DNA from: an uncultured Bacteroidota bacterium
Lineage (GTDB): Bacteria > Bacteroidota > Ignavibacteria > UBA10030 > UBA6906
Assembly (NCBI GenBank): GCA_963700635.1
Contig: CAVOYH010000003.1
Coordinates: 64,001-128,000 of the forward strand
DNA length: 64,000 bases
Reading direction: 5' to 3'
Shown: one piece after another, positions 52,990 through 61,080 of the stretch
Layout of the letters: each line of letters opens with the position of its first letter
Numbering within the stretch: position 1 is the stretch's first letter
Notes under the pieces: model-generated
Databases searched by the model: none
Told to the model about the DNA's origin: nothing
What the model saw: only the letters and a program-made list of their open reading frames with translations
Program-made: the position numbers and the translations under genes

Positions 52990-54012
52990 TTATGATCCCC
53001 GGAACAGTTCGAGGCTTGCTGCAAAGTCCGGGTGGGAAATCTGCACTTCCTGGTACATCTTCACAAGATGCGCCTGATTCACCTTGTGGAAGTCGGATTC
53101 GAGAGGTGTGATTGAGAGGCCGCCGAGATCGACCGCGGCCGGACTGATAAGCAGGCGCTCCTCTCCCTCCGCAAAAAAGAACGACGGACGGTGCTGCACG
53201 CGGGGAAAAACGAGTACATACCATGTCGCTGCATCATACCAGGCAAGGATGTTCACCATGGGTTCCTCCTTCTCCCCTCTGATTTCCTGCAGCGAAGAAA
53301 GGTAACGTTGCAGGGAATGGCGAAGGAGATCCGGATCGGTTCCCTCCCATGACAGGAAGCGTCTCCCACCCCCCTCAATGGCGATGGCACGCAGAGCCGG
53401 AGAGTCCAGCATCACTGTTCCCCTTTCCGACCGTACTCTTCCATATTCCGATTCAATCGGCATGGTCATCCGCGTCCCCGCCTGGAAATGAAGATGATCC
53501 GGGGCGGAGGCTCCACACCGTGCTCCATTATAGAAGGTGCTGTAGCGGGGAGCAAGGTCCCGTGTGAGGCTCAACATCACGCTCAAATCTTCGCCGAGAC
53601 GCTGCGGCACATGGTCGATGCGCGGAATCGTAAAATGTTCCGGGAGAATCGGGAATGGATTACACAGGAGAATATAGCGCTCGCCGTAGGGGATTCCCCT
53701 CTGATGCTCCGGCAGGTTGGAGAGGCACAGGAAACACCGCCGTTCGCGGATGGACTGGTCATCCACCCTGGCTGCAGAGGATGTCAGCCGTCCCGGATTA
53801 AACTGGACCAGAACCTCACACCCATCAAACTGGAATCGCCGCGTCTGCACCGAGTCAAGACTGGCATATCCGGCACGGAGCATTTCCCAGGTCTCTTTCT
53901 GCTGCAGGAAGAGCCCGTGTGCACGGTCCGCCCACGATGTCGGAAGTCCGCCATACTGTGCAAGAGAACCCGGCTCAATCTTTACACGGTCCAGAGCAGC
54001 ATTGACCGCCAT
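52990..54012 (-). CDS. DUF4922-type protein with HIT/GalT-like HxHxQ motif
   Basis: 'QFNPGR..SSAA', 'CFLC', 'NPFPI', 'HFTI', 'YNGARCGASAPDHLHFQAG', 'ISPAAVDLGG'. Confidence 0.82.
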   Translation of the reverse strand: MAVNAALDRVKIEPGSLAQYGGLPTSWADRAHGLFLQQKETWEMLRAGYASLDSVQTRRFQFDGCEVLVQFNPGRLTSSAARVDDQSIRERRCFLCLSNLPEHQRGIPYGERYILLCNPFPILPEHFTIPRIDHVPQRLGEDLSVMLSLTRDLAPRYSTFYNGARCGASAPDHLHFQAGTRMTMPIESEYGRVRSERGTVMLDSPALRAIAIEGGGRRFLSWEGTDPDLLRHSLQRYLSSLQEIRGEKEEPMVNILAWYDAATWYVLVFPRVQHRPSFFFAEGEERLLISPAAVDLGGLSITPLESDFHKVNQAHLVKMYQEVQISHPDFAASLELFRGS

Positions 54013-55619
54013 TATGTGCCCCGCCTGCTTCGCTTCGCTGTCTTTCCCTTCCCGGCTTTCCTGGTGGTCATTCTTAGTTTTCCGGACCCTGCACGTCTTT
54101 TTGTCCGGGACGGGGTACGTTTTGTAGCGACGCCTTTCCCTGCCGGCTTCCGCCCTGAGGCCGCGTTCTTCCTGATTCTCGCCATCACTTCCATCGTCCG
54201 GATCTTATCCTTGTAGAAGTTGAATCCGTTCAACTTTGGTATGTCAAGATCCGCATCGGAGTTTCCCTCCCAGCGGCGGCAGAGGTAGATCGGTTCGTAG
54301 ATGCGCCCGATCTGATAGTCACGCGAAATTGCCAGTCCGAGCGCATAATCTTCACCATAGCTCACATTAGGGACCTTGAGGTCGCGGAGAATGGACGTCA
54401 CGAAGGCACGCGGGGCGCCGAGTCCGTTGATACGGAGAGCATTGTTGCGCCCGTTCGCCGGAGTCCATTCTTTGTGGTCAATAATGCCGGGGGGTATCGG
54501 TTCGAGCTGGAAATTTGTCATCTGGTAGCTTCCGATCACCATCGCACAGCCTTCGGCGTGGAAGGCGTCCACTACCTTCTGCAGTGTAGATTCATCCTTG
54601 TAGAGGTCGTCGCTATCCAGCTGCACCGCAAAGCGTCCGCACTGCGCATGATGAACACCCAGATTCCAGCACCCCCCGATGCCAAGGTCGTTCCGGTCGG
54701 GTATCACATGGATGATCCTGTTGTCGCACGCAGCCAGTGACCGGAGCAGCTCGGTTGTTCCGTCGGTCGAATGGTTGTCCACCACAATCACATTAAAGAC
54801 AAACCGGGTCTGCTGTTTGAGTACTGATTCTACCGCCTCCCCGACGGTGCGCATCCGGTCCCGGACCGGAATGATGACCGAAGCTTCGACGGGAAACGCG
54901 CCGGAACTCAGGCCGGCTTTTCTGAACCTGGGAGGGAGATACGCTTTTATTTTCTTGAGGTGATATGTGGCCGCCTGCTCCATTTCAACCTGAACCTGGC
55001 GGTTCCTGGGATCAACATAGTCAAAGAGTTTCTCACCGGATCTCCGGACGTCACTTTCTACTTTGCTGTACAGATATTCGCCAACACGGAGAACCGGCGC
55101 AAGGCGGGAGAGGGCCAGACGCAGGGCATACCATCCGGCAAAAGAGTACTTCTGACCGGCAATTTCCCGAAGCGCACGTTTGAGTGTCTTACCCTCAAGG
55201 AGTACCACCGACCCGAAATTGAAGTCATCGCGGAGACTGCCTTGTTGGTATTCGATCACCGGGTGGGCTGTCCGGTGCCCGTCTTTCATGTCGTAGTAGT
55301 CCGAAAAAACAATTCCCGCCCCGGTTTGTTCCGTCACCGCGTGAAGACGTTCAATACCAAACTGACCAAAATCGATCAGGGTGTCGTGCAGCAGAAGAAG
55401 GGCATGGGAAGTCCTGAGTTGTTTTCCGATCTGCGCCATCGTTCCGCTTCCCAGAAGTGCACCGGTGGTGATGATACTGCATCCGTCAATGGGGGGAACA
55501 TCCTTGTCCGTCGCAAGCAGAACAACATGCTCGACCAAACCTGATGTTTCAAGCTGATTGACCGTTTCGCGCGTGAACGCTGAACCGGAATACGGAAGGT
55601 AGGCGGTGATGTGTTTCAT
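54012..55619 (-). CDS. Glycosyltransferase family 2 protein with basic C-terminal tail
   Basis: 'SVIIPVRDR', 'VDNHSTDGT', 'QLDSDD', 'NGLGAPRAF', 'YGEDY', 'RRWEGNSDA'; 1-nt overlap with DUF4922. Confidence 0.88.
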   Translation of the reverse strand: MKHITAYLPYSGSAFTRETVNQLETSGLVEHVVLLATDKDVPPIDGCSIITTGALLGSGTMAQIGKQLRTSHALLLLHDTLIDFGQFGIERLHAVTEQTGAGIVFSDYYDMKDGHRTAHPVIEYQQGSLRDDFNFGSVVLLEGKTLKRALREIAGQKYSFAGWYALRLALSRLAPVLRVGEYLYSKVESDVRRSGEKLFDYVDPRNRQVQVEMEQAATYHLKKIKAYLPPRFRKAGLSSGAFPVEASVIIPVRDRMRTVGEAVESVLKQQTRFVFNVIVVDNHSTDGTTELLRSLAACDNRIIHVIPDRNDLGIGGCWNLGVHHAQCGRFAVQLDSDDLYKDESTLQKVVDAFHAEGCAMVIGSYQMTNFQLEPIPPGIIDHKEWTPANGRNNALRINGLGAPRAFVTSILRDLKVPNVSYGEDYALGLAISRDYQIGRIYEPIYLCRRWEGNSDADLDIPKLNGFNFYKDKIRTMEVMARIRKNAASGRKPAGKGVATKRTPSRTKRRAGSGKLRMTTRKAGKGKTAKRSRRGT

Positions 55620-55643
55620 AGGATTCTGCCCGTGTACGTTATT

Positions 55644-56936
55644 CTATTGAGTGCTGACTTTTTTTCCGAAACCGGCCGGTATTTTTATGAATGCCGGCAC
55701 CACAAAGCCCGGAATTGTTGAGATAATAACCCAGATGAAGAAGCCCTGGTATCCGAGCCATTCCTGGACGGCGCCGCTGAACATGCCCGGGATCATCATC
55801 CCGAGAGCCATAAAACCGGTACAGATTGCATAATGCGCCGTCTTGTGTTCACCTTCCGATACGAGGATCATGTACATCAGGTATGCCGTAAATCCAAATC
55901 CGTATCCGAACTGTTCGAGGGCAACGGCAATATTGATGACGACAAAATTTTCAGGCATCGCCTGGGACAGGTACACAAACGCCAGGTCCGGCGTGTGGAT
56001 GATGAATACCATCAGCCAGAGCCAGAATTTCAGCCCGTGCCGTGACACGACGTATCCCCCGAGAAGACCTCCGAGGGTCAGTGCGATGATCCCCACCGTG
56101 CCGTACACAATCCCCACCTCACTGGTGGTCAGCCCCAATCCGCCCACCGCACGCGGATCCAGAAGAAATGGTGAGACCAGTTTCACGAGCTGAGCTTCTG
56201 CAAACCGGTACAGGAGGAGAAACGCAATGGTTACACCGATATGTTTCTTCTTGAAGAACAGAACAAAGATATTAAAGAATTCGGCTACAGGCGTGCGGGT
56301 TGTGTCGCGCACCATGGTAGTATCCGATACCGGATACGGAAGGAGAAACTTGTGGTAGATGAAGAACACGAGGAAGAGCGCCGCGAGGATGCCGAAGGTA
56401 ATGGCCCAGGCCATGGCGATATTACCCTGGAGATTGGTTTCCAGCTGTCCGGCCACGACAACAAGTATCCCCTGTCCGGTAATCATGGCGATACGGTAAA
56501 ACGTGCTCCGGACTCCGACAAACGCGGCCTGTTCATGCTCCTTCAATCCAAGCATGTAAAATCCGTCAGCCGCTATATCATGGGTTGCTGAACTGAACGC
56601 CATGAGCCAGAAAATCGCCAGCGTGTATTGGAAAAACTCCGGCATCGGGATGGTGAGTGCGACCGCAGCAAGTGAGGTACCGATAAAAAACTGCATGATC
56701 ACGATCCAGAACCGTTTTGTCCGGAAGATTTCCACCAGCGGACTCCAGAGCGGCTTGAGCACCCACGGAAGGTATAACCAGCTTGTATAGAGGGCAATGT
56801 CCGTGTTGGATATCCCCAGCCTCTTATACATGATCACAGACACCGTCATGACCACGACATAAGGAATTCCCTGGGCAAGATATAACGTGGAGACCCACGC
56901 CCACGGATTACGTGTTGTCGGTTTGGCGAATGCCAT
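55644..56936 (-). CDS. ampG: AmpG-family muropeptide MFS permease
   Basis: 'LYLAQGIPY', 'PWVLKPLWSP', 'SATHDIAADG', 'LYRFAE'; about 12 TM helices. Confidence 0.87.
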   Translation of the reverse strand: MAFAKPTTRNPWAWVSTLYLAQGIPYVVVMTVSVIMYKRLGISNTDIALYTSWLYLPWVLKPLWSPLVEIFRTKRFWIVIMQFFIGTSLAAVALTIPMPEFFQYTLAIFWLMAFSSATHDIAADGFYMLGLKEHEQAAFVGVRSTFYRIAMITGQGILVVVAGQLETNLQGNIAMAWAITFGILAALFLVFFIYHKFLLPYPVSDTTMVRDTTRTPVAEFFNIFVLFFKKKHIGVTIAFLLLYRFAEAQLVKLVSPFLLDPRAVGGLGLTTSEVGIVYGTVGIIALTLGGLLGGYVVSRHGLKFWLWLMVFIIHTPDLAFVYLSQAMPENFVVINIAVALEQFGYGFGFTAYLMYMILVSEGEHKTAHYAICTGFMALGMMIPGMFSGAVQEWLGYQGFFIWVIISTIPGFVVPAFIKIPAGFGKKVSTQ

Positions 56937-56959
56937 ACAAAATCCTTGCGGTCGTCAGT

Positions 56960-57481
56960 TTACACGTGAATGGGGCGGTACCCGATACGGTGCGGTACCG
57001 ATGTGGAGCCCATCGTAAAGGGCTGTTCTTCAACAAAAACAAAACCATTCCTGAGATACCAGGCAAGCGCCGCGGCGTTTTGTACCATCACGCCCAGCCA
57101 GATCTCTTTCACCCCGAAGGTAAGGGCATGTTCCTCGGCCTTTTTGAGAAGCAGCCTTCCAAGTCCGTGCCCCTGATATTCCGGGAGCACGTACAAAGAC
57201 GAAACGTAACATCGTGTTTCGCCGGGCGCGTACCGGACCTTTGCATATCCGGCGGGTTCGCCGTTCACCTCCGCCAGAAGACCCCGGAAGTGCGGGGAGG
57301 CATGGAGCTTTGCCAGTTCCCGGATGGTATAGGCCGTATCGAAGTGGGCCTTGAGATCAGGCCCGGGGATGAACGACCCGTACGCATCGAGCCAGGTTGT
57401 CCAGGTAATGCGCCTCACTGTCTCCAGGTCTGCCTCGCACCAACCCCTCACCACCCTGTCAGCGTGTTCGTTCTTCTCCAT
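56960..57481 (-). CDS. GNAT N-acetyltransferase
   Basis: 'SLYVLPEYQGHGLGRLL', 'NAAALAWYLRNGF'. Alternative start at 57502. Confidence 0.88.
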   Translation of the reverse strand: MEKNEHADRVVRGWCEADLETVRRITWTTWLDAYGSFIPGPDLKAHFDTAYTIRELAKLHASPHFRGLLAEVNGEPAGYAKVRYAPGETRCYVSSLYVLPEYQGHGLGRLLLKKAEEHALTFGVKEIWLGVMVQNAAALAWYLRNGFVFVEEQPFTMGSTSVPHRIGYRPIHV

Positions 57482-57526
57482 ATGGTTCCGGCGCGAGAGC
57501 AACCCGGGATAATGCCTGCGCCATGT

Positions 57527-60163
57527 TCATTTGACGAGTAGGAGTTTGATAGATCCGCCGAATAACCGTGCCCCGTTCTCCCCGGTTACCGAGAGGCGTG
57601 CGATATACACTCCGCTTGAGGCCTGCCCGTTCCGGGTGGGGCTCCATTCGATCACATGCCGGCCGGGATCCTGATGCTGTTCTACAAGCCGGACGACCTC
57701 CCGCCCGAGCAGGTCATACAGGATCAACGAGACCATGCCGGGAGAGCCGAGATCGTACCTGATCCGGGTGGAAGGGTTAAACGGGTTGGGCGAATTCTGG
57801 TGTAACGCAAAATGCGCCGGCACGACGGAGAGTTCATCGTTCACCGCCGTCACCGTTCTGTCAATGAGCTCCAGCTGATCAACAAAAACGGCAGTGACAG
57901 GCCGGCTGACACCCGGCACATAGGAAAACTCCAGCCCTTCGAAGCGGAGTTTACTGTCGAGAAACCCGTTTCCCGTGCCGCTCCCAAGCGTATCAACCGC
58001 AAGATCCCATGTTACCGCCCGCCAACCGACCCAATCCACCGGAATCCAGCGGGTAACTTCCCTGTGCCCGGAAAAGCCCGGGGGGACAACGTCGGCGCTA
58101 TCCGCAACCACCAGGCGCATCTGAGAACGGCTTCCGTCCCCATACACATAGGCGCGCAGAAGCGTGTTCTCTTTACCGAATTGCGTCCGGCTTGCGGGCC
58201 GGCTCGTATCGGTCGGCACGCGGACCAGCCAGAGCGCCGCAGTGGTGTCCCACTGTATGCGGATCGCGGCAGAACCGGTGTTAGCCGCATCAAGTCCAAG
58301 CTTGCGGACCGACGATCCCGTGACCGAGACACTGTCCGCACCTGTCCTGTCTGCGGTGAGTGAGGAAAGAGCGAAGCCCGGAAACGTCGCAGTGATGGAA
58401 TCCAGGATGGTAGCCGTATACGCCCCCGATCCCACGGAAAAATCCCAGAGTTGAAAGGTGCTTGTGGGAAGTGCGTTGCCGATCAGATCGGCAAGTCCTT
58501 TGATGCCCACACGATAGGCATGTCCCGGAAGGACCCCGTTGGTGAGATACGTCGTCACTCCCCCCTGTCCGTTTTCCTGCGCATATTCGAGCGTCCGTAA
58601 TTGTGCCACGCCCCCGAGTTGCACGACCACGATGTTGGCAACGGTCACAGTAGATTGATTGAGCGGTTCATCAAAGGTCATATTGATGACTGAGCTGGGA
58701 GCCGTGAGGCGTGTCCCGGAAGCGGGTATCACATAACTCAACGAGGGGGGAAAAACGTCAATATATTTTGTCCTGAACGAAAGGAGCAGCGGATCCCCGG
58801 GCACGCCGTCTCCATTCGCATCAAGTGATTGCCCGGAAGCCGACCTGGCGGTGGTATCGATGCGCACAACATAGTCCACATAAAACGCGAGGATCTGATC
58901 GGGGTCGAATGTCACTCTGGTATTACTGCTGTTCCACAAGAGGCGTCCCGGCACCGGAGGCGTAATGGAAAATGCGGAGCGGACCGATGCGGTATCCATG
59001 GGTTTTGAAAACGCGACTTCGATCGAACTGGCCGCGGAGAACGCCGTATCATTGTCTGATGGGACAGTTACAAGAACACTGGGGGACGCAAAAGAGACAA
59101 GGCCCCTGTCTGCAAATACCGTTGCGCCGGTTCCGACAGTTACCTGCATGGAATCTGTGCTGTAGCCGGGGGTTTCAAATCGGAGCGTATACGCACCGGG
59201 AAGGAGGTTGTCAAACATGAAGAAGCCGTTGTTGTAGGCATCCCCGAGCACGACCCGATTATCGGGAAGCAGACGCACGCGGCTCAGGTTAACAAGTTTG
59301 CCCGTCGCAATATCACTCTGGATGCCCGCAATGATACCCAGCGTATCGGCCGGTACACCAAAGTACTGCATGAAAGAGTTGCGCAGGGCATACGATTCCA
59401 TCTTCAGATACAGATTGTTCATCAGCCGGCGCGTTTCAGGAAAAAAATCATGGAACGAGCCTTCCGAAAGTTCGCCGGGCATGGTTAGACCGTTCAGCAC
59501 CCCGAGATTGAACCCGCCGTTGGTTCCGCCATAGAATGTGTAATCAAGATACGTCCATGTCGAGCGCGGAGAGTTCCGGAGTTTGGCATAGATGGCCGGT
59601 CCGATGATGTTGGACATCGTGACGGCTTGCGGCCAGGCCGGCTGGCGTGTGGCGATATTTTCTTTGACCAGCATCAATGTGTAGTTGACTGTTGTATTGC
59701 TGGCCCAGCCGGTCGCGTTGCTGTGAATGGAATGAAACCAGTGCACATTGTTGGCATTGGCCAGTTGCCACCGGGCCGTCAGGGAGGGCTCGTTGTCTGA
59801 TGGATAGTCATTCGTGTATCGTGTAAGAATGACCCACGCGCCGCGGGCCTGGAGCAGTGTATCCAGCCGCATGGCCTTCTGAAAGTTGCTTTCTGATTCC
59901 CAGAAGTCCGTTCCGGCGTCGGGAATTACATGCCTGTCATTTGCCGCGTTATGCCCGCCGTGGCCGGCATCAATGCAGAACTTGAGACCAGAAAGATCCA
60001 GCGGCTGTGTGATCGCCGGGGCGGGCTGGAAGAGTGTAAGACCGAACACCACAAGCAGAAAAGATACCCAGCGACAACACGCTACCCCTGCCCGAAAAGC
60101 AAAAGTGTTGTCGCACCCGCCTGAGTTTTCACGGATGTCTCTCACCACGACTGTGTCCTTCAT
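57527..60163 (-). CDS. N-acetylmuramoyl-L-alanine amidase (Amidase_3) with Ig-like domains and T9SS-type C-terminal domain
   Basis: 'IDAGHGG', 'ESE', 'SIHSNA', 'LSEGSFHD'; 'FSKPMD', 'FDEPLN'; 'QNSPNPFNPST'. Start codon uncertain. Confidence 0.88.
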   Translation of the reverse strand: MKDTVVVRDIRENSGGCDNTFAFRAGVACCRWVSFLLVVFGLTLFQPAPAITQPLDLSGLKFCIDAGHGGHNAANDRHVIPDAGTDFWESESNFQKAMRLDTLLQARGAWVILTRYTNDYPSDNEPSLTARWQLANANNVHWFHSIHSNATGWASNTTVNYTLMLVKENIATRQPAWPQAVTMSNIIGPAIYAKLRNSPRSTWTYLDYTFYGGTNGGFNLGVLNGLTMPGELSEGSFHDFFPETRRLMNNLYLKMESYALRNSFMQYFGVPADTLGIIAGIQSDIATGKLVNLSRVRLLPDNRVVLGDAYNNGFFMFDNLLPGAYTLRFETPGYSTDSMQVTVGTGATVFADRGLVSFASPSVLVTVPSDNDTAFSAASSIEVAFSKPMDTASVRSAFSITPPVPGRLLWNSSNTRVTFDPDQILAFYVDYVVRIDTTARSASGQSLDANGDGVPGDPLLLSFRTKYIDVFPPSLSYVIPASGTRLTAPSSVINMTFDEPLNQSTVTVANIVVVQLGGVAQLRTLEYAQENGQGGVTTYLTNGVLPGHAYRVGIKGLADLIGNALPTSTFQLWDFSVGSGAYTATILDSITATFPGFALSSLTADRTGADSVSVTGSSVRKLGLDAANTGSAAIRIQWDTTAALWLVRVPTDTSRPASRTQFGKENTLLRAYVYGDGSRSQMRLVVADSADVVPPGFSGHREVTRWIPVDWVGWRAVTWDLAVDTLGSGTGNGFLDSKLRFEGLEFSYVPGVSRPVTAVFVDQLELIDRTVTAVNDELSVVPAHFALHQNSPNPFNPSTRIRYDLGSPGMVSLILYDLLGREVVRLVEQHQDPGRHVIEWSPTRNGQASSGVYIARLSVTGENGARLFGGSIKLLLVK

Positions 60164-61080
60164 CGTGCCACCTCCTCGTACCGGAGCATGTAGACCTCTC
60201 CGCTGAGCGTACTGCACACGATCTGATTGTCGGTAGGAGAACAATCCGGCAGGAGTTCGATCGCCGGACTTTCCGTCAGACGGACCGTCGTCAATCCGTC
60301 AGACGAAACACAATAAAGATCTGACGAGACAATGGCGTGACCGTCATCGCGGTCGTCCATATAGACCAGCCACTTTCCGCTCCGCATCCATACCGGCGCA
60401 TCACGCCTCCCAAGCTCCGCCGTAACGGTGCCATTGAGGTCGCAGATGATGGTGCCGCGCGCCATGTCGTACACGACGAGCTGTGTGCCGTCCGGCGACA
60501 ATCCCGGCCAGATGTAACTCCCATCTCCGAACGGATCCAGGAGGCGTTTTGTGCCATTCAGCAGAAGAGAAATTTTTGTATTTTCGATCCCCAGCACGAT
60601 CGGGCGCGGATCGGATACCCCTGCCGCCGTCGCCAGGTCGTTTGCCTCCATTTCCTGGTAGAGAACGCCGTTGGTCCGGTACACCGGAACGGAGAGATCG
60701 CGCCCGCGCGCCAGCGAGACCTCATCCAGCGTCCGAAGGTCAACGTCCACGATCTCCTGCGTACGGTCGAAGATATTTTCACCCGTTGTCGTTCGCCTGA
60801 AAGCAAGCCGGGCGCCATCAGGAGAAATGCTGAACCCGTATCCGGATCCCGGCTCATCGGTAATCTGCCGGAGCACACCGGTTTCAGGATGGAACTGCCA
60901 TATACCGTGATAACCGGCAGTGGTCATGAAGAGAGACTGACCATCGGGCGAGAATCGCGGGGCACTCCAGTGCTGGTCGGACGTGAGGGGGAGCCGTGTG
61001 GCGGAAGTAATAGTCACCTGGCCGATCGCCATTGTTGAGAAGCAGGCGACAAGCGCCATCATCACAATACGCATACTCAT
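60160..61080 (-). CDS. Secreted TolB-like (PD40) beta-propeller protein
   Basis: Signal peptide; repeats 'FSPDG', 'ISPDG', 'LSPDG', 'CSPTD'. Confidence 0.82.
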   Translation of the reverse strand: MSMRIVMMALVACFSTMAIGQVTITSATRLPLTSDQHWSAPRFSPDGQSLFMTTAGYHGIWQFHPETGVLRQITDEPGSGYGFSISPDGARLAFRRTTTGENIFDRTQEIVDVDLRTLDEVSLARGRDLSVPVYRTNGVLYQEMEANDLATAAGVSDPRPIVLGIENTKISLLLNGTKRLLDPFGDGSYIWPGLSPDGTQLVVYDMARGTIICDLNGTVTAELGRRDAPVWMRSGKWLVYMDDRDDGHAIVSSDLYCVSSDGLTTVRLTESPAIELLPDCSPTDNQIVCSTLSGEVYMLRYEEVAR

